Below, one piece after another: positions 1-11,507 of a DNA stretch of 64,000 bases (its first letter is position 1; each line of letters opens with the position of its first letter). The notes beneath the pieces were generated by a model. That model searched no databases. It was not told the origin of the DNA and saw nothing but the letters and a program-made list of their open reading frames with translations. The stretch lies in assembly GCA_973895155.1 (NCBI GenBank), contig OZ316892.1, positions 19,851,869 through 19,915,868 on the forward strand, read 5' to 3'. This DNA comes from Marsupella aquatica (Eukaryota; Plantae; Marchantiophyta). The translations under genes and the position numbers were made by a program.

Positions 1-3000
1 GATCTGGGTGTATCCTTTTGCTACTAACCGCGCTCTGTATCTGATAACATCACCTTTTGCATTTCGCTTTTTAATGAACGTAAATCGGCTGTCTGTATAG
101 TCATTGTTAGGATCAACTTGTTTGACTGGTCCGAAGACTTGTCGACGGATTAGTGCATCCATTTCTGTGTCAATGGCCTCTTTCCAGTGTGGCCAATCTG
201 ACCTTGTTTGTGCTTCTTTGATTGTTAAAGGGTCCGAAGTATCATTGGTTATTTCTTGAGCTATATGGTAAGCAAATTGTTCGTCGACAGTAGTGTTTTG
301 TCTCGTGTAAATTTGTCCTGTATGCTTATACTGAATTGACATCTCCTCATTACCCGATATGTCTGGTGTCTCGGATTCATTATTAATGAAGTGAAAAGTA
401 GTTTCAGGAATTACCTGATGGGGGCGTCTTTGGCGGGGTCGGGTATCATGTGATCCTGGTGGCCTACCTCTTTTCGCCTTAGGGGCAGTTACTGTTGCTG
501 GAGGAGTATTCATTTGTACTCTGGCTGGTACATTGGTTGCCTCGTTGTGGGATTTTGTAACATTTGCTGCATCATTAAATGCATCTGGGATCTTATCTAG
601 CATCTCGTGGAGGTGGAGTAATCGTCTAACTTCTGCATCCGTTTGTTTCGTCCTCGGGTCCTGGTTGAGTAAGTTTCTGCTGTTCCAGTTGATCTGGTGT
701 GGGTGCAAGTCCCCTGTCATTTGTTTGTCTATGCTTAGGGTGGGAAAAGTGTCTTCGTAAAAATGACAATCTGTATGTCTGGCCTTAAACACATCGGCTG
801 TTGTCGGTTCCAGGTAGCGAATGATCGAGGATGAGTCATTTCCGATGTAGATTCCTTCTTGTCTTTGAGGTCCGATTTTTGTACGCTTGGGTCCCAGTAT
901 TGGGACCATGACTTTGCATCCAAATACCCACAGGTGTGACAGGTCTGGAGGTAGTCCGAACGCTAAGTGGTGTGGAGTCTTTGTGTTGAACGCCGATGGT
1001 CTGTATTGAAGCAGTGTGGCAGCATGGAGGACTGCGTGTCCCCATGTGGATAGGGGTAACTTTGAATTCATTAACAGGGGTCTGGTTATCATCTGTATAC
1101 GCTTGATAACGGATTCTGCCATTCCGTTTTGGAAATGGACATATGGGACTGAGTATTCAGTGTCAATGCCCGCTGCCCAGCAAAACTCATCGAATGCTTT
1201 TGAGGTGAATTCCCCTGCACCATCCACTCTCAGTTTCCGAATTGGATGTTCTGGGAATTGTGCTTTAAGCTTTAGAATGTTGGCCAGTATCCTAGCGAAG
1301 ACCAAGTTGCGTGTAGAGAGTAGAGATACTTGCAGCCATTTGGTCGAAGAGTTGATGATGGCCAGGAAATACTTAAACGGTCCACTTGGTGGGTGGATCG
1401 GGCCGCATACATCTGCGTTCAGGTGTTCCAGGAAGTTCGGGATGGCATAGATTGTCTTCTGTATTTGTGGGCGTGTAATCAGCTTCCCCTGAGAGCACGC
1501 CAGGCATTGCCTTTGTTTTGTTGATGGGTTGACTCCTTGGGGGATTCCACGGGAGTCATGAATAATTCTGCGGTACATATTTACTCCGGGGTGTCCCAGT
1601 CGACAGTGCCATAAGTATGTGATATCAGGTAAGTCTGCAGTGACATAGTGAGCTTGAATTTGAGTTGCGTAGAGGCCTGGTGGTATAAGGGGTAAGGTTT
1701 CTTTAATATGTATACCTTGTTCGGTAACCTCCACGATTTGGAGGGTATCTTCCTCGTCTGTTTTCACTGTGCGCAGTTGATATTTATTTGCGACTATATC
1801 TTGGAAGCTGATGAGGTTCCTTGTAGCTCGCGGGGCGAATATCGCTGCTTCGATGGCGAGTGCAGTGCCTCCTGGGAATATTACCGTGGCTGTGCCTTTA
1901 CCCTCCTCAATCTGGTTTGTGCCTGAAATGGTGGTCATATGCCGGGCTGATGGGGTAATTGAGTGGAAATATTTCTTGTCCTTTAGTATTGTATGAGACG
2001 TACCGCTGTCAATTATGCCCAGATTGGGGTCTTGTAGTGTGTAGGGTCCTCTTGCTGGAGTTACTATGTGGGTCTCCACTTCATGAGGTTGTTCGGGGTC
2101 TTTGTAGGTGGCTATTGCTTCTTCTAGCTCCATGTAGTTCCCTGCTGGGTTTTGTTTGAGTCTAGCTCTTGATTCTGTATGTTTCCTGGCTGTTTGGTCC
2201 GATGCCCAACAATTTTTCTTCAGGTGTCCTATTTTTCCGCATCGGTAGCACATCCTGTCATCTTTGGTGTTGTCCGATGCATTATCACTCATCCTGCCTC
2301 TGCCGCCTACTCCCCTGCCTCTTGTGTTGTATGATTGTCGATATCCTCGACCTCTGTAGGATTGGTTTCTACCTCTGCCTTGGTATCCGCCTCTGCCTCT
2401 TGGTCGGCCTCGTCCCATGTTATCTCGCTGATAGTAATTTATCTCTGGTTTGTGTGGTGGTGGTTCTGTTCCCGCAGGTCTTTTTCGAGCGTTTTGCATG
2501 GCGACCACCTGTTGCTTCTCTTCTACAAGTAAATGTGCGATAAGATCTGAATATGTGGTGAATTGCATATTTCGGTACTGTGTACCGAGTGCAATGTTTG
2601 ATTCGGGGAATGTACTCAGTGTCTTGTCGATCTTATCTGCGTCTGGGACTGGATGGCCGCAGAGTTCTAGTTGAGAGGTAATTTTAAATAGAGCGTTGTT
2701 GTAGTTAGCAATGGAAGTATGATCCATCACTCGTAGGTTGTACCAATCGCGGCGAGCCTCAGGAAGCCATATTTCGCGCATATGGTCGAATTGGGCCTTT
2801 AACTTGTCCCACAGGAGTCGTGGATTGACTTCGTTCATGTATTGGGATTTTAGTGAGGGAACCAAGTGCTGGCGCAAAAGGAACACGGCCTTGGCCTTCT
2901 GTTGTAGAGTCAGATTTTGGTCTGTGATTAATGTATCTTCAAGCTCCAACGATGCGAAGTATGTTTCCGCATCTACGGCCCATGTCAAGTAGTTGCTGCC

Positions 3001-3045
3001 GTCTACTAGTAGGGCTGGGAAATGTAACTTCTCCAATGTCGCCAT
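1..3045 (-). CDS. Copia gag-pol polyprotein (partial)
   Basis: Starts MATLEKLHFPALLVDGSNYLTWAVDAE (Bianca-type gag). Contains WHCRLGHPG (GAG-pre-integrase) and ends at the window edge with the RT motif IRYRARLVAKGYTQI in the same frame. Missing from the ORF track, consistent with no stop before the edge. Confidence 0.88.
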   Translation of the reverse strand, partial: MATLEKLHFPALLVDGSNYLTWAVDAETYFASLELEDTLITDQNLTLQQKAKAVFLLRQHLVPSLKSQYMNEVNPRLLWDKLKAQFDHMREIWLPEARRDWYNLRVMDHTSIANYNNALFKITSQLELCGHPVPDADKIDKTLSTFPESNIALGTQYRNMQFTTYSDLIAHLLVEEKQQVVAMQNARKRPAGTEPPPHKPEINYYQRDNMGRGRPRGRGGYQGRGRNQSYRGRGYRQSYNTRGRGVGGRGRMSDNASDNTKDDRMCYRCGKIGHLKKNCWASDQTARKHTESRARLKQNPAGNYMELEEAIATYKDPEQPHEVETHIVTPARGPYTLQDPNLGIIDSGTSHTILKDKKYFHSITPSARHMTTISGTNQIEEGKGTATVIFPGGTALAIEAAIFAPRATRNLISFQDIVANKYQLRTVKTDEEDTLQIVEVTEQGIHIKETLPLIPPGLYATQIQAHYVTADLPDITYLWHCRLGHPGVNMYRRIIHDSRGIPQGVNPSTKQRQCLACSQGKLITRPQIQKTIYAIPNFLEHLNADVCGPIHPPSGPFKYFLAIINSSTKWLQVSLLSTRNLVFARILANILKLKAQFPEHPIRKLRVDGAGEFTSKAFDEFCWAAGIDTEYSVPYVHFQNGMAESVIKRIQMITRPLLMNSKLPLSTWGHAVLHAATLLQYRPSAFNTKTPHHLAFGLPPDLSHLWVFGCKVMVPILGPKRTKIGPQRQEGIYIGNDSSSIIRYLEPTTADVFKARHTDCHFYEDTFPTLSIDKQMTGDLHPHQINWNSRNLLNQDPRTKQTDAEVRRLLHLHEMLDKIPDAFNDAANVTKSHNEATNVPARVQMNTPPATVTAPKAKRGRPPGSHDTRPRQRRPHQVIPETTFHFINNESETPDISGNEEMSIQYKHTGQIYTRQNTTVDEQFAYHIAQEITNDTSDPLTIKEAQTRSDWPHWKEAIDTEMDALIRRQVFGPVKQVDPNNDYTDSRFTFIKKRNAKGDVIRYRARLVAKGYTQI

Positions 3046-3591
3046 GTCTATTTCGCCTGATTTTGGGCCTTATAAATATATGGTGTTCCTTTGTATCAAA
3101 TGCCTATGACTTTCGCCTTGTCCCGCCCGATCGATCGGCTGTTGTGATGGATCAAGTTAACCAAAAGAAAGAGAAACGATAGCGATCCTTTTGCTCAAGG
3201 CACGGGACTCATCTGCCCCTTGAATCGCATCCAAATTGTCCCCGATGGAGTTCGTTCGTATGTCCTTGTGTGCGGTCCTCAAAGTTTTCAGTTTTCGCCA
3301 ATGTCTTTTATTTTGTTTTTCGCGTCTCGTCGCGTTGTCTCCTTCGTTCAAGGTTGAGAATCTTCGCTCGTGATTAGGCTCGACGCTCTATGGCCAGTTC
3401 TTTGTTCTTCGATCATAAGCTTGTTTTCTCTATTCTCGGGAGGTAGTTAGGCGGTTATTCTCGCCATTAGAGCAAAAAACACACAACATTGTGTTGTTTT
3501 CTTTGTGTGGACCTCGATCTATTGAGTTGTCAGATTTTGGGGAGGGAGCACATGTAAAAAAAATGTAATTGAGCAAGTCGCGCTGATAACG

Positions 3592-3738
3592 TGTTATGAA
3601 TACACAAGATGATAGTAGTCAATAATCCCCACTCACTTCCATTATGCCAAGGACTTATATAGTCCAGAAGGGTTAACATGGTTGGGTTAATGTTAACCTA
3701 TCCTATATTAGGGTTAAGTCATATTATGGGTTATAACA
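3592..3738 (-). repeat. 5' LTR of the Copia element (147 bp)
   Basis: TG...CA ends with a TGTTAT/ATAACA terminal inverted repeat, internal TATATAA, and the PBS at 3579-3591 directly adjacent. Confidence 0.85.
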
Positions 3739-3744
3739 TTTCAA

Positions 3745-4135
3745 GAATTGTAGTCCTTTGTAAAGGACTATAGTCCTTACTCAAGTGTTTACTCCTTTGT
3801 AAAGGACTATAGTACTTACTTAAGGACTTGACTCCTTTGTAAAGGACTATAGTCTTTATTCAAGGATTGTAGTCCTTATTGAAGTACTTTACTCCTTTGT
3901 CGAGGCCTGTCTTTAGTCCTCATCCGAGGACTATGTAGTCCTTCGATAAGGACTTTAATCCTTTGTAAAGGACTATAGTCATGGGTTGTGTTACGCGTAT
4001 AGACTAGTCCTTTGTCAGCGAGTGAAGCGCTTTGACCAAATGATTGTAGTACTCCTCCCCGATGGACTTTAGTCCTTAAGCTTTGCTGGTAGTCTTCCAA
4101 TGAGGATTCCAACCCTTGCTGAAGGACTTCAGTCT
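3745..4135. repeat. Array of AGGACT-N(1-3)-AGTCCT palindromic units in the transposase intron
   Basis: Repeated variants of aaaggactatagtcctt and aaggacttgactcctt. Confidence 0.8.
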
Positions 4136-4238
4136 AAAAGTAAGTAGTACCCAGATATCTAGGGATTTTTATGGCTGCACATTTGAGGGTGTCTATTTGC
4201 TATAGTATTTCTAATAAAACTCTCCTGTATGTTTACAG

Positions 4239-6375
4239 TATCAATTCTATTCAGCATTTCGTGACTGGTGCACAAGGGAGCAGAATGGGGTGTCTGTAGG
4301 GATGCGGTCATTCATACACTTCAAGCCATATTATGTTCGCAAGATGAAGGACCGAAATGTTTGTTGCTGCAAACAACATGTGGAGATGGACTTACTGAAA
4401 GAGGCAATTAACAAATTTAGGTGGCACCAGCACAATAAGGACTGTCCTTGTGAATGTGATATCTGTAGACCCTTAGGTGTTGTACCCATTTCTTCTTGTA
4501 TGGCATCTACAAAGTCCATAACCTCAGTTCGTGGCTGGATAGAGGAAGCTCTCTATCCTAGATTGCCTGAGAACGAGTGGCACCAAAAAGCCTGTATTAT
4601 AGGTGAATGTGACAAATGTGGAGTAGAGAAGTTGGATTGGTGCACTCAGGAGTTGGACCCTGCACAGAAACAAATGATCGATTGGCAGTCATTTGAATAT
4701 CATGACCTGGATGACACTGCCCAACAAAAGAGAGAGAAAAAGAAAGGGTCTGAAGAGAGCGCAACAAAGAAGGCTAGGCGGTTGAGGATGGTTTATAAGA
4801 AAACTCCCATGGTAGATTTTAAGAGGGCGGTGTTGGATACCATGAAAACATTTATTGTGCATAACTTTCAAGCACATTGGCAGTCGCAACAATTTAGACA
4901 ATGTCTCAAAACATTTCCAAGAGGGACAATTGTTTCTTCAATAGATTTTTCAGAAAATTACACTTTTTTGCCTCAAAATGAGATTCAGAGTCAACATTGG
5001 GACAATAAGCAAGTGACATTGTTAATCCATGTTACCTATAGACATAGGGAAGATGCCGATTCACTTGAAGCTGCAGTGGGTAGGCCTGTGCAAGCAGCAC
5101 AAAATGCTGATAGGACTCGTGATATTATAGCCGATTACCATTTCTACATTAGTGACGATAACTGTCATGACACTCTTTTTGTGCAACATTGCATGGATGC
5201 ACATTGGGAGTGGATGGCTGATCAGGGCATTCATGTTGATCAACATTGGGTTTGGTCTGATGGGGCTGCCTCTCAGTTCAAGGCCTGCAGACCGTTTTAT
5301 TACGTCAGTAGGTACTACTCGAGGTTTGGTGCACGGATGAAATGGTTCTTCCATGCCTCTGGCCATGGGAAGGGTGTTGCTGTGAGTATCTTTTGAACAC
5401 ACTTTGCAACCAATTCTGTGAATACCCGCCTTTCAACTGAAGTGTAGTAAGTTTCTAATGGAGTTAAATGTCCAGACTTGCACACCGAAGAGACTTCTAA
5501 TTTGTGTTTCTGGTATGCTGTAATAGGATGCTCTCGGAGGTCACATCAAGACCGGGCTTGCAACTGAGCAACTGAAAGGCATCAATGGTCATCGTCTGGA
5601 GGGTGCATCAGATGTGGTGAAGTTTTGCAAAGACAAGTTTGCCGTTGGTCAATTGCAAGAGTATGGTGATGTGCAACTCGTTCGACGTGTTTTTTGGGAA
5701 ATTCCAGTTGGCACTGTAAACAGAAGGAAGAAGTAAGATTGTGATCCAATCAAGGATTGTAGATCTTTGCACTGCTTTGATGGATTTAGTAAGAGTTTGT
5801 CAACATTGTTGCAAGTTCGAGAGCTCAGTTGTTTTTGTGTAGCTTGTGTTGATGATGATCCAATGAATTGTGAGAACAAGGAATGGGTGGGCAAGTATCG
5901 CCTAGAGATGGTCAAAGGGGTATTGCAGGCAGATGTCACACCTAATGTACAGAACATCGGAGAGGGTGAAGGACTGCTTCACAACATCTCTCTGCCAGAA
6001 TGTGTCCAATTGGGAGATTTCTATGCATGTCGTGCTTGTCAACCGAATCAAGATAATGTAGATTTCTACATTTATCAGTGCGAAGAGGTGCTCCACACAG
6101 TCACAAAGAGTTTTGCTGATGGGTACCAGGTACAATTCAAGGCAGGGGACATGGCCTTAAAGGGGAGGTGGTTCCAACCATATCCAGGATCTGAAAACAA
6201 GTTTGTCTTCAATTCTGCTTCTCCTTTCAGCTACTGCCACCCAGGGGAAGTCATTCACATTCGATTTGGTTTGACACCATGTGACGTGCCCAAGGGAGGC
6301 AAGGGATGAGGTGCTAGATTTTACACACTAGACTCAGACACTATAGAAGCCATTTATGACTCGCTGCAGGTGTAG
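4239..6375 (+). pseudogene. Sola2-type DDD transposase (3' exons, disrupted)
   Basis: CCCKQH and Cys-rich region, DFSENY, QSQHW, WSDGAASQFK, and HGKGVA|DALGG across a GT-AG intron at 5382-5526. Premature stops at 5734 (TAA) and 6307 (TGA); likely true stop at 6373-6375. The upstream exon is separated by the Copia insertion. Superfamily assigned from recalled motifs. Confidence 0.72.
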
Positions 6376-7606
6376 GTTCTGTAAGACTCGCTGCAGGTGT
6401 AGGTTCTGGATGTGTGTGATGAGGATATCCAAAGTTTCAGTCTCGTAGGTGAGGCTAGTTTTGTCTTACATGAAGATTTCCAAGAATTCTGTCTCGTAGG
6501 CGAGGCTGGTTTTTATGGAACTGTAAAATTGTTCAGAGATTTAATGTAAGGCGCGCATTGACTTATTTTTCACCTTCATTTCATTTTTGCATCAACAATG
6601 GTTGGTCACAACCCGTCAGGCAGAACCAGTAACATTGTGTAAGTACTGCTGTAATGGTAGTGTCCCTCAAAAGTGTCGGAATGACTAAGTGTCATTATAC
6701 TTTTTTGACAAAACATACAAATCTATCATCTTTGACTATTTTTCACTTCTAATCCTAAACTCCAAAAGTGGTGAATCTTAAGCCGTGGCTTCTACTATCT
6801 ACAATCTCTATGCTAACAATTTTTAAGACTTTTTCTGAGTAGCTAAAGTGCCTCAATAAAATTGCAGAAAAGTGCTTACATAGCACAAACCCTAAATCCA
6901 TCCATATCCATGAACAGATTCCTTGTCGCCTAAATACTTGATGTCTTCGGGTTCTTTCCATGGTTTCCCATTCTACTCGTCCGACCCTGAAGGGGCTTTA
7001 CTAGGACAATATTGAATATCTATCCCAGTGGGAGTTTTATTGGTTTTGAGGCACTTTGTCTCTCAATTGAGAGAGTTAAATTATCATTTTTGCATGTACT
7101 CAATATTACATATTCAATATTTCACCGGCGGGGCAATAATTTTGATCACGTTGGGGACACCCGCATGGTTCTGTTGCTCGCCATGACCAAAGAACAATAG
7201 AAAAAATCACATAAACCATAATAATGCACTTTGCCAATACTTCAAAGTAAAGCGGGTCTGGAGAAGTGTCCCATGTTGAAGCCAGACATTATCCCGCAAG
7301 GAATTTGCAGCACCCACACGTAGACAAGATCCAGTGGAAACAAAAGTCGAAATGTATGGAGCTTTTGTGACCAAACCACTCAATTAAAATAGACATGAAT
7401 GTGGGCATGAATAACATGTGCGGTTTTCTTCAAACTCTGTAAATTGTAACCAGGCACCAAATTCTGAGATGAATACATAGTTGGTAAGAAAAAGTCTTAC
7501 AATGAAAACGAGGCTCACAAGGCCTCAATCCCTAACAAAGTATCATCCAAAACCAGATGATTTAACCCAACCATCCGAAACCCTTCCTCTTGTATAGTTT
7601 GACTGC

Positions 7607-8188
7607 CTACTTTTTGATGCTAAAAGACCTGAATGTCTCCAGTATGTCTGACCCTAGGTCAGCAACAATATTCTTAAGCTTGCTAAGGCCAACTTTGGCC
7701 ACAGACGACTCGTCTGCTGGAGCCTCGACTTTGATTTCTTCAAAGTACAATGCTCGAGGCAGATCTCCTCCCTTGTCACCCTTGACATACCTGATGATCC
7801 AAGTCCTTGCCAAAACCTGATCCCTGATCTCATCTCTCCTCTCATCATCAGAATCCCTATAGTCCTGGCCCGAGATCCCCATCAACTGCAGACCATTAGC
7901 TTCATTCACTTGAAGCACCACATCGCCAACCTGCACAGCAAAACAATACATATATGTTCCTTCCCCATCCCTAGAACAAGAGTGCTGGAGTCTATTGCGT
8001 GATCGAGGACCTAAAGGTGACTCAGGATTCTGCATTCTCAACCTCCGTTTGTGCTTTCCCAAGGTGCAGGGACGGCCGTCACTCAAAACTCCCCCACAGC
8101 CTTCATAAGTAAAGGCTCCAGCACATAGACCCCATATCTGATCAATCCTGACCTCATGGAGAGTATCATATAGGCTAAGCTTCTCCAT
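7607..8188 (-). CDS. RPA70 C-terminal-like OB-fold/Zn-ribbon exon
   Basis: YEGC...C...YMYCFAVQVGDVVLQVNEANGLQLMGISGQDY resembles Rep_fac-A_C; preceded by a tttgcag splice acceptor. Confidence 0.5.
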   Translation of the reverse strand: MEKLSLYDTLHEVRIDQIWGLCAGAFTYEGCGGVLSDGRPCTLGKHKRRLRMQNPESPLGPRSRNRLQHSCSRDGEGTYMYCFAVQVGDVVLQVNEANGLQLMGISGQDYRDSDDERRDEIRDQVLARTWIIRYVKGDKGGDLPRALYFEEIKVEAPADESSVAKVGLSKLKNIVADLGSDILETFRSFSIKK

Positions 8189-8289
8189 CTGCAAAACTGA
8201 AGCACCTCATTCTCAAAATCAAGAATTCAACAATTTGAATCAAACAAACTAACCAAAGACTCTTGCACTTTCTCACTCGACAGACTTTT

Positions 8290-8790
8290 GCAAGGATTTC
8301 CCAAGGACTTCAAGTCCTTCCTCACTCCAAGTCCTTGGTAAATCCTTAGAGTCCTTACCGAAGGACTTAGCCAAGGACTCAGTGTTCTTGTCGATGGACT
8401 AAGTGTCCTTTCCCAAGGACTCCTGTCCTTTCCCAAGGACTCAGGGTCCTTCCCCAAGGACTCCGGGTCCTTCCCCAAGGACTCCAAAGGACTCCCTCTC
8501 CTTGCCCAAGGACTCCGTGTCCTTGCCCAAGGACTCCGTGTCCTTTCCCAAAGGACTCCATGTCCTTTCCCAAGGACTCTTCCCAAGGACTCCGTGTCCT
8601 TTCCCAATGACTACTAGTCCTTTCCCAAGGACTCTACCCAAGGACTCCAAGTCCTAGTCATGGCCGAAAGACTCCCAGTCCTTGCCCCACGACTCCAATA
8701 AGGACTTCAAGTGCTTATGAAGGACTTTAAGTGCTCAAGCGAGAACTGAAAGTCCTTAAGAAGGACTTGAACTCCTTGGCCCTTGTTCTC
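8290..8790. repeat. Tandem CCCAAGGACTCC(G)TGTCCTT array of about 21-bp units inside an intron
   Basis: Many near-identical ccaaggactc/gtcctt units within the predicted GT-AG intron 8189-8882 (minus). Confidence 0.85.
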
Positions 8791-9497
8791 CGAGTCCTGC
8801 TAGTGTGACAAACCATAATGACAACCAAAGGCAAACAAATAAAGGACAAAAGAACATCACAAGGTAGGAAACCCATAGTTACCTGCTTGATCTCTACAAC
8901 TAGTTCACAGTAGTGGCTCTTGTTTTCCGCCCTGATTTAGTTTGCTGCACATAAAACGATTTTCTATATTATTCAGTTTACAGCACCCAGAGAAAAACCT
9001 TCTTCCTTTTGCTATGGGTCTCTCACAAGAAGTTGCAATCTTTTCCTGGAGTTTGATGACTTGCGAGGAACAACTTGGGATTGGATTGCACTCCTGGACT
9101 GTGGAGGAGATGTTTCTCCTGCTTCAGTTTGAACAAGGCTCAACAGTTGCTTGAATGAAACATGAGAGCGAGACTCAGGAGTGAAGGGCAAGGTGCCAAG
9201 CTCAAGAGATGTCAATGGGGTACTGGTCACCTTGCTAGCTACTTCACTCTCCTGCTTCTGTTTCTTCCTCACATGCAGTCCGATGGCTGCTGTGGAATTG
9301 AACACTGGCATTTCAGGAGACTCATCCACAGGGGCACCCTGTTCATGCGCCACACTAGTGTGGTCCACATTGTTCAACAACACAGTTGCTTGGACCTCGG
9401 CTTGTTCCTGCACACACAATGACGACATTCACTTAATGGCCCAACTAAAAACTCAAACTGTCCAACTACCTAAACATGACCTGCAGGCCTAGTCTGG

Positions 9498-9845
9498 TTA
9501 TACACATACCACTGCTTGCGTGGACTGCATCTGTTGCAAAAGGTGACGACGTGTGCCCAATTGGGCACTGTTAGCCCCATATGTTGCCTTCAAATCCTGA
9601 ATATAGGAGCCTTCACCTGACGGCAGCTTGTCTACCGCTCTCTTTGGAAGACCCCAACTTCGAATCCAATCTTCACAAAAGGGTTCCCCACAAGCAAAGC
9701 AACAACTTGTCCTTGTTTTATCCCCCAACAAGGTAAATAAACAATGCGGATGATAGGCGTGGCCACAACTTGCTGGAACCCAATTGAAACAATGATACCC
9801 GTGGCAACAAACTGGACAATTACTCACGAACACTTCAGTTCCCAC
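9498..9845 (-). CDS. RING-finger exon of the transposon cargo gene
   Basis: CPVC-x13-CGHAYHPHC-x12-CFAC, a RING-H2-like spacing. Confidence 0.65.
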   Translation of the reverse strand: MGTEVFVSNCPVCCHGYHCFNWVPASCGHAYHPHCLFTLLGDKTRTSCCFACGEPFCEDWIRSWGLPKRAVDKLPSGEGSYIQDLKATYGANSAQLGTRRHLLQQMQSTQAVVCV

Positions 9846-10262
9846 TATCGCAGTTGATGTGGGAACAAATCAAGGCTGCAATGCTGGACATGGATTGGAC
9901 AACACAGGCTCCAAAATGGACAATTCAGCCTTTTGAGCTGCTGCAGCCAACTCCAAACGCTTCACATGTCCTTCCAACTGTGATTCCACAACTTTCAAAC
10001 GAGCCACCTTGTGTGGTAACTGTTCAAAGCGCTTCTTCCTGGTCTCAATGAGCTTCTCAAATGTAGCCATCCCCTTTAGGATAAATGACTCAGATTCCTT
10101 CAAAGCCTCCATGGCCTTGTTACCCTCCTCCAACTTCTGTTGCAGGATAACAACATAGCTTTCCTGCCCACCCCAAAAAATATATGCACACGACAACATT
10201 ATTTGCAGCTCGTCGTCAATGCATCAATGCCTCGTCCTGCTAAATTGAATCCAACATCTCAA

Positions 10263-11507
10263 CTAAACATATATATCCAGCCTACAGATAGTTTGATGGA
10301 CACAGGGACAGGTCTGACATTGTACCTCCTCATCTTGCTCTCCCTTGAGCTCCTCAAGCTCTATTTCCGTTGACATGTCATCATACAAGGTGTCTACGGC
10401 CTTCACTTTGATTCTCACATCTTGCAATTCTTGCTGTAGTTTCTGAAGTTGGTCCACTAGACCAGAGCTGAGTTTTGGATGATCCTTGTTTGCTGCCTCC
10501 AAGTCTTGCAGAGTCTTCTGAACCTTACTGATGCTCTCATGGGTGTCTCTAAGACTGCATTTGATCGTGACTATTTGCCCATCCAGAATAGCAAGCAAAA
10601 GACTTCTTGGCACTATAGGGACAACAGGAGAAATAGGCTTGGCAAAGAGAAGCGTTGTTGCGGGGGCAGAAAGGGCAGCCTCCAATGGTTTGGGATGTGC
10701 GCTCTCGTGTGCGCTTCCCTTGCTACCAAAATCCGCTCCTGAATCGGCTGTCCCCGGATGAGCTTTGTCCCCTGGCGCTTGATGCTTGATACAAATCTTT
10801 TTCCTAACCCGATTCTGAGTATCTTCACTAAATTCCTGAGGCACTGGTGGCAAATACAGAGGCAACCTCCTAACGCAAGGAGGCCCATCTGGCTTACCCT
10901 TGCCATCTCGCTCCCATTGGGCAATTTGCCCCTTCAGCTTCGACACCGCATACACACACCAGTCCACCTTTCGCCTTTGGATCCTTTCTGCATATGCCCC
11001 TTTGATGAAAGTGAAAGACAAGAATCCATTCACTGGTGCATCGTAACCATCCACGACTTGGGATAGCTGCAAAACCTCCTCAATTGGGAGGCCCACACAG
11101 AGACTCAACTTATACCCATTCCTGTCTTTCTCTCCAAACACTTCGGCCAATTGCTCCTTGGAAATGTCTTTGATCTTATGAGGATTAACACCTTCATTTG
11201 GAAGACCAAATGTGACATGGAAATACTCTGCGTCCTTCACATAATCTTTAGGATCCCATGGCTCTAGAGGCGGCTCCACCTTAGTCTTTGGTTTTGAAGT
11301 TTTGATACTCTCTACAAGAGCTGGAGAGTCGGGAGAAGCACGATCTGTAGCTTGGGAGACATACGTGGTTGGTTTGCTAGTGGACCAGACTCTGCTACGA
11401 GGGAGAACAGGGTCTGGGACTGTAACTATCTCCATTTCTCCTAGCTCAAGAGTAGAAGTTCTAGGAGCTTCTGGATTATCAGTTGAGGCATCCATGACGG
11501 CATTCAA
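10263..11507 (-). CDS. Transposon accessory protein with a plant-mobile-domain-like region and coiled coil
   Basis: 414-aa ORF with FGLPNEG...NGY...C...AER...VDW motifs, then a heptad-rich segment; resembles the ORF at 51965. Confidence 0.55.
   Translation of the reverse strand: MNAVMDASTDNPEAPRTSTLELGEMEIVTVPDPVLPRSRVWSTSKPTTYVSQATDRASPDSPALVESIKTSKPKTKVEPPLEPWDPKDYVKDAEYFHVTFGLPNEGVNPHKIKDISKEQLAEVFGEKDRNGYKLSLCVGLPIEEVLQLSQVVDGYDAPVNGFLSFTFIKGAYAERIQRRKVDWCVYAVSKLKGQIAQWERDGKGKPDGPPCVRRLPLYLPPVPQEFSEDTQNRVRKKICIKHQAPGDKAHPGTADSGADFGSKGSAHESAHPKPLEAALSAPATTLLFAKPISPVVPIVPRSLLLAILDGQIVTIKCSLRDTHESISKVQKTLQDLEAANKDHPKLSSGLVDQLQKLQQELQDVRIKVKAVDTLYDDMSTEIELEELKGEQDEEVQCQTCPCVHQTICRLDIYV

Larger units (their letters stand above)
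1..3738 (-). mobile_element. Ty1/Copia LTR retrotransposon, Bianca-like lineage (5' part; runs off the window)
   Basis: 5' LTR TGTTAT...ATAACA, then a Bianca-type PBS (CGTTATCAGCGCG) and a gag-PR-INT-RT ORF in Copia domain order. Confidence 0.92.

Noticed and set aside
533-3182. Numerous plus-strand ORFs
   Set aside because: Antisense shadows of the Copia polyprotein
8290-8790. Possible CRISPR array or repeat-protein ORFs
   Set aside because: No unique spacers or cas genes, and the context is an intron; the ORFs are translations of the tandem repeat
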